Shown piece by piece: positions 1 through 8,376 of a stretch of 64,000 nucleotides of DNA (position 1 is the first letter of the stretch; each line of letters begins with the position of its first letter). The notes beneath the pieces were generated by a model that was given only the letters and a program-made list of their open reading frames with translations, did not search any database and was not told the DNA's origin. The position numbers and the translations under genes are program-made. The DNA is from a virus. Where the stretch lies: the IMG/VR virus record IMGVR_UViG_3300024518_004461, positions 1-64,000 of that record; one strand, 5' to 3'.

Positions 1-2
1 CC

Positions 3-461
3 ATAAAATGAGCTGGCAGAAATGTTTGAGGATGCGGAAACATCGATTGTTGTAATCGTGATTGCTCCATCAATATTATTTGAGTCGTCAATTGTGACTC
101 CCGAGTTTTGTATTATTTTGCCAGTAGCTAAATCATATCTTGCAATCGCATTATCAGTAGATAAAGCGGGACCAGTAACATCGCCGGTTCCACCTCCGCC
201 GCCAGTAGTGATCGTAACTTCGCCACCAGTATTGTCGGTCAAAGTCCCGTTACTAACATTGATGGTAGTTACATTAGGAACGTTAGGTACGCCACCGACT
301 TCTTTAACAGTAAGAGGGCTACCACCACCACCAGTAATAGCATCACCATTAAGAGTTAAACTACCAGTAATATTAACACTACCAGTGAATTCGTGAGATG
401 ACCCCGAAGCATATGTGTTCCCTACTGTTACATTGGGTGATGGTTTAAATCCGCTAGCCAC
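3..461 (-). CDS. tail-fibre-like virion protein, N-terminal part (runs off the window start)
   Basis: Not in the ORF track. GTG at 459-461 preceded by AGAGGAGA. Open frame MASGFKPSPNVTVGNTYASGSSHEFTGSVNITGS...GGGGTGDVTGPALSTDNAIARYDLATGKIIQNSGVTIDDS is Gly/Thr/Ser-rich and fibre-like. Confidence 0.7.
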   Translation of the reverse strand, partial: MASGFKPSPNVTVGNTYASGSSHEFTGSVNITGSLTLNGDAITGGGGSPLTVKEVGGVPNVPNVTTINVSNGTLTDNTGGEVTITTGGGGGTGDVTGPALSTDNAIARYDLATGKIIQNSGVTIDDSNNIDGAITITTIDVSASSNISASSFY

Positions 462-473
462 TTAAGTTCTCCT

Positions 474-887
474 CTAGTCCGTCAAACCTGAACCCGTCAA
501 GGGGGGCATTTGACTATCATCAATTCCCGTCAATTCCGCTATGAGTTGATAGCCGGTGGGATCTACATTTGTGGCTGGTGCAGAAATAAAAATCTCTTTG
601 CACTTTAGTGTAAAAGTAAAAGAATCTCTCGCAAAGCCAAGCGTTACAAAGTGAAGTCCGCTAATTACATTCCCTGCTGATGATGTCGAGTTATAGTGAA
701 TGCGTATCGCATCATTGTTCATTGTGTCCGGGTCAGCGTTGATAATTGTAACCGCCTTGGCTACGGTCGGAAACACTATCTGATCTTCTACTCCGGGGGC
801 TAGAGAAGTAGAACCAGTGAGATAAGGACGACCGGCGACCTGATAAGATCCTACATCACCTATTCCTGCTTTATATTGATAAGACAT
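474..887 (-). CDS. hypothetical virion-associated protein
   Basis: 137-aa ORF with GAGGA RBS and an ACTATTTA motif about 20 nt upstream; beta-rich with LTGS motifs. Confidence 0.6.
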   Translation of the reverse strand: MSYQYKAGIGDVGSYQVAGRPYLTGSTSLAPGVEDQIVFPTVAKAVTIINADPDTMNNDAIRIHYNSTSSAGNVISGLHFVTLGFARDSFTFTLKCKEIFISAPATNVDPTGYQLIAELTGIDDSQMPPLTGSGLTD

Positions 888-906
888 TTTTATATTCCTC
901 TTTCCT

Positions 907-914
907 TAAATAGT
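907..914 (-). promoter_or_regulatory. putative late promoter ACTATTTA
   Basis: Intergenic copy of the recurrent ACTAWTTA motif, upstream of 474..887. Confidence 0.55.
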
Positions 915-915
915 C

Positions 916-1122
916 TCAATAATCATTTGATTGTTGTTCTTTTTTCTTTTGCCGTTCAATTTCAATTAGGCGACGTTGATGTTTCTCACGTCTTTTTTCT
1001 GATGGTTTCTTGTAGTAACGCCTTTCGAGATATTCTTCAATTATATTTTCTTTTTTCATCTTGCGAGTAAACCTCTTGATTAAGTTTTCGGTGGTTTCAT
1101 TTCTTCTAATTTTTATTTCCAT
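916..1122 (-). CDS. rpsU: phage-encoded 30S ribosomal protein bS21
   Basis: 68 aa, basic. IKIRRNETTENLIKRFTRKMKKENIIEEYLERRYYKKPSEKRR matches the bS21 pattern (lrRFkr...giL.e.r.r.yyeKPSekRr). Confidence 0.9.
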   Translation of the reverse strand: MEIKIRRNETTENLIKRFTRKMKKENIIEEYLERRYYKKPSEKRREKHQRRLIEIERQKKKEQQSNDY

Positions 1123-1132
1123 TTGCTTCTTC

Positions 1133-1546
1133 TTATTTTGTTAGGTGGGACCAGCCCCCAGTCATCTTTACTAGACCATCAATATTTACACCAGCATCAC
1201 TCGGGTCTTTATCTCGCAAAGCCCCATATTTGTTAGACTGACCTCCACCGCTTGACGGCATTGGCTTTGTTCCCTCAAAAATTCCATGTAATCCAGTTGC
1301 TTTCTGTAGCGAGTCTTTCACTTCCTTGAGCTGATTCTTTGCTTCGATAATACTTTGGCTTTGTTGTTGTTTTTTTGTTATTGTGGGTTGGGCGACTTGT
1401 TGCAACTGTGGTGCTGGATTAATATTTCCTAATCCCTGCGCCACTTCAGTTATAAGACCGGACAGAACACCTTCTTCAAAAATAGCCTCACGAATACATT
1501 CTTTAATAAGGGGCTTTAAGATTTCCTTCAACTCTGATTTTTTCAT
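1133..1546 (-). CDS. hypothetical head-module protein with leader-like N-terminus
   Basis: MKKSELKEILKPLIKECIRE resembles the recurrent MKxTKSxLKxIIKEE leader; Gln-rich linker. Confidence 0.7.
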   Translation of the reverse strand: MKKSELKEILKPLIKECIREAIFEEGVLSGLITEVAQGLGNINPAPQLQQVAQPTITKKQQQSQSIIEAKNQLKEVKDSLQKATGLHGIFEGTKPMPSSGGGQSNKYGALRDKDPSDAGVNIDGLVKMTGGWSHLTK

Positions 1547-1821
1547 ATTTCATCCCGAAGTTTTTTTTCATTTTTTAATTCTCTGAGTTCATTAGTTTTT
1601 CCGATCAGGTAATCTTTCCCTTGTATTTTTAACATAGCATCGCTTAAGGAATCAATTTCAGATTTAAGTTGTTCAATTTCATCTTCAACATTCCGATTGC
1701 CCCACTTTAATAATCGTCTGGATGCTTCATCTGTGGCAAATTGGGCATCCAAGATAACAAGCTCTTCGGCATCAATTTCATCGATTAAATTTTGTAATCG
1801 TTTTATACGCTTTTCAGCCAT
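1543..1821 (-). CDS. hypothetical coiled-coil protein
   Basis: 92-aa ORF, GGAG RBS, ATGA overlap with the downstream gene. Confidence 0.6.
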   Translation of the reverse strand: MAEKRIKRLQNLIDEIDAEELVILDAQFATDEASRRLLKWGNRNVEDEIEQLKSEIDSLSDAMLKIQGKDYLIGKTNELRELKNEKKLRDEI

Positions 1822-1859
1822 TATTTTTCTCCAATAATATCATTTAATATTTATTTTTT

Positions 1860-2852
1860 TCACATCATCTTCTTTCGATTATCAATCTCTTCTTTAATGA
1901 TTTCTTGTAGTCTTTCTTTAGAAATTGACATAAGGTTGCGTGATTCTGCGACGGGAGGTTGACCAACGGGATCTTCTTCAGGTTTTCCCCAGGGAGGACT
2001 AACATCAACATGTCCCTTCTCAAGAGCATTTACTGCGGCTGGAATATCAGGTTCATCGATTACTGGCATATCAGGTCGTTCTGGTGCCCAACTTGGAGTT
2101 GACATATTAATTCCTCCAAGATTATTAACCATTTTTGTAACCGCAGACTCAACTGCATCTTCACCTTGTTTGCCTGTCCAATCTTGTAAGAGCTTCATTA
2201 CTTGTTCCGGGGTTCGTCCTTGCCATCCCTTGAAGGTGTCTGGTACTGTGTCTTGACTGATTCCTCCCTTTGCCATTGATGTTAACATATCTCTAATAGG
2301 TTTTTCCTTAAATTGTTCAAAACCGCCCGAAGCTGGTTTCCCTTTCATCACTTGAAACTGACCCTTTGTCATCGCATTTAAAACCGCAACAAGTTGTTCA
2401 CCTGGAAAGTCAACATCATAACCACCAACCGATTGAGATGGATCAACCATCGCTGTAGCAATCCATCTATGATGTCCATCCATGATATATTTATCACTAC
2501 TAATGAAAGCGCCAAGATCGCCGCCCGCTTCCATTTTACTTGTAGGATCAATCATATGTAAGACAAATGTCATGGCTTTACCAATATTCATGCTAGATTG
2601 AGAAGGACTTAAATCTTGAACTGCTGCCACTCCACTTGGTTTGTAGTCCACATTAATTTCGTCATCGGTAGGATCTTGATCAAACTTTGAATGACCATGA
2701 GTTACGGCAACTTCAGCCGCAGCGGGATCTACATCAGATAATTTCAGCGGGAAGCGTACTGGATCGAACTCGTCGGGGTTTGCTTTTTCTCCTAATAGAT
2801 CTTCCGTTTCTTCTTTGATCATTCGTTCTAAATCTTCTCGTGATAGTTTCAT
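1860..2852 (-). CDS. ParB/sulfiredoxin-like domain protein carrying the leader motif at both ends
   Basis: ParB/Srx core DLSPSQ...FISSDKYIMDGHHRW. N-terminus MKLSREDLERMIKEE; C-terminal MSISKERLQEIIKEEI. Confidence 0.75.
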   Translation of the reverse strand: MKLSREDLERMIKEETEDLLGEKANPDEFDPVRFPLKLSDVDPAAAEVAVTHGHSKFDQDPTDDEINVDYKPSGVAAVQDLSPSQSSMNIGKAMTFVLHMIDPTSKMEAGGDLGAFISSDKYIMDGHHRWIATAMVDPSQSVGGYDVDFPGEQLVAVLNAMTKGQFQVMKGKPASGGFEQFKEKPIRDMLTSMAKGGISQDTVPDTFKGWQGRTPEQVMKLLQDWTGKQGEDAVESAVTKMVNNLGGINMSTPSWAPERPDMPVIDEPDIPAAVNALEKGHVDVSPPWGKPEEDPVGQPPVAESRNLMSISKERLQEIIKEEIDNRKKMM

Positions 2853-2856
2853 CTCT

Positions 2857-3456
2857 TTAGTCTCCTATAATATCGTTCAGTATTCTATTGATTCGATCAG
2901 CCTTTGAATATGGTTGTTTTATTTTTGATTCGGTAAGACTCATAAATGCACCTTGCGTTGAGGGTTCAGAAACTATATCAAAACATATCAACTGAAGATC
3001 TTCTTCTACAATCGTTTTCCCTTGGCTTTCGTGAACAGACCCCAAAGCCCGAGATGAAATTCCCAAAGTAACACCATCATTCACCAAAGATTCTAAAATT
3101 TTTCCTGCTGGTGTAGATAATACTTTAATTTTTCCTTTCAAGTCTTTACCTTCCCACCACAAATCAGTAACCATATGAGAAGCATTTTTAAGATTGACAA
3201 CTGAATCTTCTGGATGATCTAATTCTCCACAAGCCCGGTTCTCCTTGACTGTCTTCATATAGTTTTTGACTTCTCTTTCTAAGATTGGTTTAGGATAGAC
3301 ACGACCATTACCGTTTTGCTCATCTACTCTCTGCATAATTCCTGATAAGAAAGTTGCACCATTCTTAACTTGTATCTTTTCCGCCTCTGTCAATAAATCT
3401 TCACAGACTCCGCCAGCGCACAATTCATAATATTCTCTAAGAAGGTACTTGCTCAT
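2857..3456 (-). CDS. prohead core protease (T4 gp21-like)
   Basis: NGNGRVYP, GELDHP, LGISSRALGS and FDIVSEPST motifs of gp21-type serine proteases. Confidence 0.93.
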   Translation of the reverse strand: MSKYLLREYYELCAGGVCEDLLTEAEKIQVKNGATFLSGIMQRVDEQNGNGRVYPKPILEREVKNYMKTVKENRACGELDHPEDSVVNLKNASHMVTDLWWEGKDLKGKIKVLSTPAGKILESLVNDGVTLGISSRALGSVHESQGKTIVEEDLQLICFDIVSEPSTQGAFMSLTESKIKQPYSKADRINRILNDIIGD

Positions 3457-3460
3457 TTTA

Positions 3461-4669
3461 TTATCTCCCGTCTAATCCGTTAACCGATAAGACCGCAACA
3501 AGACCTGGTAAGTTCTCTTTGATATATACCCCAGAAAACAAGGTTTCGCATCTTCCACCAACATAAGACACGGCTGCGTCTAAATGTTTGCTAATCTCTG
3601 GATCTGTTGCCATCTCCGGTGTAATAATTAGTAGCATCGTTCCTGTAACAGACTTGCCTTTTGGCATCGGACACGGAGAACGCTTAATACAATTTTGATA
3701 AATGGCAGCGCCAAGCTTAGGATCTGCTGGATTTGCTATCATAGTAGAGCCCAAGAACATCCTTCCCTCGGTTCCTAAGCAGCGCCCAAGATCTTTTGAA
3801 TCAAAGGTCTGAACATAAGATTTTTCTGAAGCTAGTTTTAAAACTTGATGAAACAACTTAGCAAATGTAGAGTTCGCTACGGGATACATATTTAGAATAC
3901 CAACCTTTCCACGAAGTAGTTGTGTCTGTCTCTCATTATCAATAAGAATATGAGGGTGTGGTGCTACATCATTGGCTAGGGATAGTGCATTTTTAGAGAT
4001 AGTGTGGTTGAGAGATTCTTGCGCAGTAGGCCAAGATATGATATATACCACTTTTCCTTCGGCTTGGACTGAACTTAGATATCGCTCAAAAACTTCGTGA
4101 AGCTCTACGCAGGAACTTCCGGTGCCTCCACCTCCACCAGCCAAAACAAAAATCCAATCCACTTTGCCAAGCTTGGTTCGAATAGCGTCTTCAACAACTG
4201 CGCTGTTTTCGCTAAATACTTTCTTTCCATAAGCGACATTTTTGGCTACGCCATCAGCATCAGGGATTAGAATCAAATGGTCTGGATCTACACCTTCCGG
4301 CTGATCCTTTTCAGTAGTATTTAGGAGTAGTGTTTTATTGAATCCTAAATCTAAAAATGCTTTCGCTAGTTTTCCACCAGCACCACCAACACCAATAAAG
4401 GCACAATTCAAAGCAGACACCGCTTCATTCTCGGGCAGTTGCTCATCATGCTGGACTGTGATTTCCTCACCATAGTGCTCAATAAACCCAAAGTCTTCAG
4501 CATCAAAAGTTTCAAAAGAGGTACTAGTTACTGGCTCATCACTTGGTAAACTAAAAGCGTCTGCTTCTGTGATTAGTTCGGCTTTTATTTCTTCTTCCGG
4601 TTTTGCTTCTTCAATTTCACCAGCATCAATTTCTTCGTTTACATCTGGCTCTTGTTCGTCATCAATCAT
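3461..4669 (-). CDS. tubulin/FtsZ-family GTPase (PhuZ/TubZ/CetZ-like) with acidic N-terminal extension
   Basis: FIGVGGAGGK (T1 loop), AGGGGGTGSS (tubulin signature), LIDNE, TFDSKDL (T7-like DxxD). Confidence 0.88.
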   Translation of the reverse strand: MIDDEQEPDVNEEIDAGEIEEAKPEEEIKAELITEADAFSLPSDEPVTSTSFETFDAEDFGFIEHYGEEITVQHDEQLPENEAVSALNCAFIGVGGAGGKLAKAFLDLGFNKTLLLNTTEKDQPEGVDPDHLILIPDADGVAKNVAYGKKVFSENSAVVEDAIRTKLGKVDWIFVLAGGGGGTGSSCVELHEVFERYLSSVQAEGKVVYIISWPTAQESLNHTISKNALSLANDVAPHPHILIDNERQTQLLRGKVGILNMYPVANSTFAKLFHQVLKLASEKSYVQTFDSKDLGRCLGTEGRMFLGSTMIANPADPKLGAAIYQNCIKRSPCPMPKGKSVTGTMLLIITPEMATDPEISKHLDAAVSYVGGRCETLFSGVYIKENLPGLVAVLSVNGLDGR

Positions 4670-4672
4670 TTC

Positions 4673-4786
4673 TTATCTCCATTCATTATAAAAAGCGGGC
4701 GCAACCCGCGTGACTATGCACCCTGATTTGCATCGACGCACTGGTCGAAGCATACGAGATTTGCTTGTCCATAGATTTTCTAACAT
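4673..4786 (-). CDS. small basic Cys-containing peptide (37 aa)
   Basis: ATG overlaps the upstream TAA (TAATG). Translates MLENLWTSKSRMLRPVRRCKSGCIVTRVAPAFYNEWR; below the ORF-track cutoff. Confidence 0.45.
   Translation of the reverse strand: MLENLWTSKSRMLRPVRRCKSGCIVTRVAPAFYNEWR
4690..4709 (-). terminator. intrinsic terminator-like hairpin
   Basis: Minus strand GCGGG-TTGCG-CCCGC followed by TTTTT; short 5-bp GC stem. Confidence 0.45.
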
Positions 4787-5079
4787 TATTTTTCACCCCA
4801 CATTTTAAAATTTATTCCTTGATCACCAAAGATCATATTTCCAACATATGAAGTTCCAGAACTCACGCACCCCAAAATAAGTGCTGTGGTTATAGAATAT
4901 TCATAAGTAAATAGTTCTGTTTGTCCGTTTATCGCCCACAAAAACCATCCGACATGAAACCCCATACACATGGGACAATGGAACAAATGATATGATGGTC
5001 TGATTTTGTCAAATATTTTAGCATATACTAGGAGTTGTGTTAATCCATAGGAGGCTAAAACAAAATAGAATAGGCTCAT
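4786..5079 (-). CDS. small membrane protein with CxxC (DUF1360-like)
   Basis: Hydrophobic segments flank HCPMCMGFHVGW. Start placed at the ATGA overlap at 5079 (track start 5106). Confidence 0.65.
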   Translation of the reverse strand: MSLFYFVLASYGLTQLLVYAKIFDKIRPSYHLFHCPMCMGFHVGWFLWAINGQTELFTYEYSITTALILGCVSSGTSYVGNMIFGDQGINFKMWGEK

Positions 5080-5636
5080 GAATAATAGCCGGAATAATAT
5101 GTCCAAGGATTATTGGGACTGATTGAGCCCTTGTCTGGTGACTCGGGAACTTCTCCAAGTGCAGTCGAATCCTCTGCGTCGGGCTCTGTATACCAATCGT
5201 CAATTTCTTCTTCGTATCTTTCTTCTGCTTCAAACTTTGGTCTTTCTTGTTCTATGAATTGATAAGTAGAAAGAAGCACGACTTGTGTAGCATCTACACC
5301 CTCGTCGATGGCTTCGGGGTAATTCCCTTGAATACTGGCGTATACATCACCAGCATGGACTGATGATCTTTCAACGACACCTTTTTGTGACAGGTAATTA
5401 AAATAATTATTTTGAATCTGGTAGACTTCATCACTCATTTCGTTTTTTGGAAATGTAATGATCTTCTTGTTTGCATGGTCAATAACAATATCCAAGTCCT
5501 TATGATCCAAAACCATAATTTTTCCATCAACGGTCTTACGAGCAATCAAAGAAATCTGTGGGTGTGTTTCACTTTCTTCTTTGATTTCTTCTGCGCTCAA
5601 GGCATCAGGAGTAACATTTATTTTAATTGACGCCAT
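5076..5636 (-). CDS. hypothetical protein
   Basis: 186-aa acidic ORF in the portal operon, overlapping its neighbours. Confidence 0.7.
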   Translation of the reverse strand: MASIKINVTPDALSAEEIKEESETHPQISLIARKTVDGKIMVLDHKDLDIVIDHANKKIITFPKNEMSDEVYQIQNNYFNYLSQKGVVERSSVHAGDVYASIQGNYPEAIDEGVDATQVVLLSTYQFIEQERPKFEAEERYEEEIDDWYTEPDAEDSTALGEVPESPDKGSISPNNPWTYYSGYYS

Positions 5637-6459
5637 CGGATTTTATCTCATGTATCAAACCTTGTACCTTGATCACTTTTTGTATCATTTCCTTTTTTGG
5701 TTCTTCGTTTTTAAATTCTTCTAAGGATTCTATTATGGCTTGAACCTTTTTTGTCATAGCCGCATCACTTATAATTTCTTCCATCATTAAAGATTTTTTC
5801 AAATCCTTTTTCAGTCTAGATATCTCCTCGTTCAAATATAACTTTAGACGAAGACCGTTGTCCACAAAGGAAGAAACAAATTTAGATAATAGTTCCTTCT
5901 GTTCTTTCAGGAGTTCACCCGAGTATTCAGCATTAAACTTTTTAGTAAAAGTCTTATATACCAAGTTGTCAATAGGAACCATTTGATCTTTGCCCTTACC
6001 TTCGGACAAAATCATTCCTTTTATGATCTGGTTCTCTAATAGAACTTTTGTTTTTATGGTACTACGTTGATTAAAGATTTGATAAATAGTAGCAAGAGAT
6101 TTATAGTTAGGAACAAAATTATTGAAAGTGTCTTCTGGAAGCATCTTCTTGATTTTGCGAACTAGTTTATTTTGTTCCGATAATAGTCGTTTCTTATCAA
6201 TAACCTCTCTCTGCTTAAGCACTTCCGATAATATTCTCTCTGCCGTGCGGGGGTGAGCATTTTGAGTTTTTGTCAGCGAATGATATAGTTTCAATTCTTG
6301 ATGGAGAGATGTATCAAACCTAAAAGATTCTTTTATCAGAGATGCTATTTTTGTTTTTGAACTCTCATCTTTTTTCAAGATTGCTTTTGTTAGTTCTAGA
6401 ACCAGAGCCTCATATAAAAAAGCACTATTCTTTTTCTTGTTGTGTTTAAATTTTACCAT
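5623..6459 (-). CDS. helical head-assembly-region protein downstream of portal
   Basis: MVKFKHNKKKNSAFLYEAL..., Lys/Glu/Leu-rich. Start moved to ATG at 6459 (track start 6492). Confidence 0.7.
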   Translation of the reverse strand: MVKFKHNKKKNSAFLYEALVLELTKAILKKDESSKTKIASLIKESFRFDTSLHQELKLYHSLTKTQNAHPRTAERILSEVLKQREVIDKKRLLSEQNKLVRKIKKMLPEDTFNNFVPNYKSLATIYQIFNQRSTIKTKVLLENQIIKGMILSEGKGKDQMVPIDNLVYKTFTKKFNAEYSGELLKEQKELLSKFVSSFVDNGLRLKLYLNEEISRLKKDLKKSLMMEEIISDAAMTKKVQAIIESLEEFKNEEPKKEMIQKVIKVQGLIHEIKSDGVN

Positions 6460-8374
6460 TTTTTGCTTCTTCTCTTTTCTCCAAATTCTCAATAATTTGT
6501 TTGACTTCTCTACTATTACTTAAAACTTCGTTTTCTACCTTGGAGTCCTCAGTATAATTAGTTTCGGTATTTTCCTTTATCCCTTTGTATTGTTGCTTAA
6601 ATCCGTCAAGACCTGGGAAAACATTTCTTTGTGTATTCTTTCCCATCTCGGAAGCCACTTTCCCCATCATGTTTTTTCTTCTTCCGGCTTCTTCTCGATC
6701 ATCGTGCTTTTCTGGTATGTATGCTTTTCCTTTATCCTTTGGTGTATGGTGTGGCTTTGGGTTTTGAGTTCTCCACTTCATATCATTACGCTTCCCCGGT
6801 TCAGCCAATAGTGTTTCGTCTTCGCCGCCATCGTCTTCCCCGGCGTCGTCTTCGCCACCGAGATCTCCACCAAGATCGTCTCCGCCAAGATCTCCACCAA
6901 GGTCGTCGCCGCCGCCTTCATCTCCGCCGCCTTCTTCAGCCGCGCCCTCAAGCATCGCTTCAAATTTCTTGTCGTAAAACATTTCACGCTGGTTGCGAAC
7001 AATTTCTTCATCAGATAGATTGAGAAGATTCTTTGCTACCCACTGTTTGCTAAAGTATCCTTCAGTCGCAGCACCAGCAATTTCGAATTTCGTTCTCCAA
7101 TGCTCTAGTTCCTGAAGTTCAGCAATTTTAGAAGGGCTATTGAGATGTAGCTTGAAAGATAATAAATCCTTTCCTTTGAAGCCTAGTGTATACAAATGAA
7201 CAACCGCAATCTTTTCCAGTTCTGATACCACACTTCTTTGAAGCCTTTGTATTGTTCTGGCAAAACGCACGTCCTTTTGTGCAAGGGTAGTTTTTTCGTC
7301 ACCACCTTCATCTGATTGCGTAAGGTATGATGGTGGGACTTTCAACGCAGAAAATAGTTTATCACGCAAATATTTTACATCGTCCACATCACCCGTGTAA
7401 GTTCCGCCTGGAAGACTTTCAACTCTCGTATTAGAAGCTCCTCCGCGAACAGGGATAAAATAATCTTCATCGGTGCTCATGGGGTTGTAGCGCAAATCAA
7501 CACGACCAGTTTGAGAATCAATAACTTGATTTCTTTTCATCTGTGTTACAATGCGTTGCATATGCTGTTCAATTTCCTTTTCAGGAATTCCACCAACATC
7601 CACATAAAAAACACGTCGCTCGGGTGAGCGCACAACACGATAAGCCATCATCGCATCTTCTAATAGTTGTAGTTGTCTCCAAATGCGTCGGCAAGGCTCC
7701 AAAACAGAAGTTCCATAAGGAGCATATTTATCGTTTCCTAAAATTCGGAAATGTCCTATTTGCCAATTCTCAAAAGTAAGGCCACCACTGTTCCATTGGA
7801 ATTGAACATAGTTGGGGTTTGTTTTATCTTCACCCTCCATTCTTTCTACTTCCATAGACGGAAGTCCAATGACGTTGGTGATTCCCAATTCTTCGTTAAT
7901 ATCAAGATATAGAAACATATCCCCAAATTTGCACATTGATCGACACCATCCAAAAATATTAAACTCAATATTCAAAACATCATAAAACAGTTGTGATAAT
8001 ATCTCTTTGATTTCTTCGTTGGGACAATTGATTAGAAGTAGTTTTTGAATTGCTGACGAGGTGGTCATTTCATCTGCATAGATGTCTAACCCTGAAGCAA
8101 TCTCGGGCATGTATTCCATTTGATCAAAATCAATATATCGCTCTGCTCGGTTGACGTTTTGATATGCGGCTGTTCTAAAATTATCAAAAGGATTATGAGT
8201 TTGCTTTTTAAAGCTCAAACCACCAGGAGATGTAAAACTATATTTATTCAACTGACGGCGCTTAAGCTGACGTGGGTTTTGCTTTCGCCGATCAGTAATA
8301 GGACCAGATAAGAGTCTAGTTAGTGCGCGGTACAATGGGTTCTGATCATTGTTGGGGTTTCTTTTATTTTCCAT
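6446..8374 (-). CDS. portal protein (T4 gp20-like)
   Basis: LEDAMMAYRVVRSPERRVFYVDVG, EDYFIPVRGG, DVKYLRDKLFSALKVP, DVRFARTIQRLQ. Confidence 0.95.
   Translation of the reverse strand: MENKRNPNNDQNPLYRALTRLLSGPITDRRKQNPRQLKRRQLNKYSFTSPGGLSFKKQTHNPFDNFRTAAYQNVNRAERYIDFDQMEYMPEIASGLDIYADEMTTSSAIQKLLLINCPNEEIKEILSQLFYDVLNIEFNIFGWCRSMCKFGDMFLYLDINEELGITNVIGLPSMEVERMEGEDKTNPNYVQFQWNSGGLTFENWQIGHFRILGNDKYAPYGTSVLEPCRRIWRQLQLLEDAMMAYRVVRSPERRVFYVDVGGIPEKEIEQHMQRIVTQMKRNQVIDSQTGRVDLRYNPMSTDEDYFIPVRGGASNTRVESLPGGTYTGDVDDVKYLRDKLFSALKVPPSYLTQSDEGGDEKTTLAQKDVRFARTIQRLQRSVVSELEKIAVVHLYTLGFKGKDLLSFKLHLNSPSKIAELQELEHWRTKFEIAGAATEGYFSKQWVAKNLLNLSDEEIVRNQREMFYDKKFEAMLEGAAEEGGGDEGGGDDLGGDLGGDDLGGDLGGEDDAGEDDGGEDETLLAEPGKRNDMKWRTQNPKPHHTPKDKGKAYIPEKHDDREEAGRRKNMMGKVASEMGKNTQRNVFPGLDGFKQQYKGIKENTETNYTEDSKVENEVLSNSREVKQIIENLEKREEAKNGKI
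6820..6945 (-). repeat. Gly/Asp low-complexity repeat (GGDDLGGDL) in the portal C-terminus
   Basis: EEGGGDEGGGDDLGGDLGGDDLGGDLGGEDDAGEDDGGED; locally GC-rich. Confidence 0.8.
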
Positions 8375-8376
8375 TT

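Noticed and set aside
22-396. 124-aa plus-strand ORF with poly-Pro
   Set aside because: Antisense shadow of the Gly-rich minus-strand gene starting at 461, which has an RBS.
1860-4669. ParB plus tubulin as a plasmid-like partition system
   Set aside because: The ParB-like protein has no evident HTH, no centromere-like iterons were seen, and the context is late head assembly.
6590-7023. Cluster of overlapping ORFs and GC-rich repeats
   Set aside because: By-product of the Gly/Asp repeat in the portal C-terminus, not a separate element.
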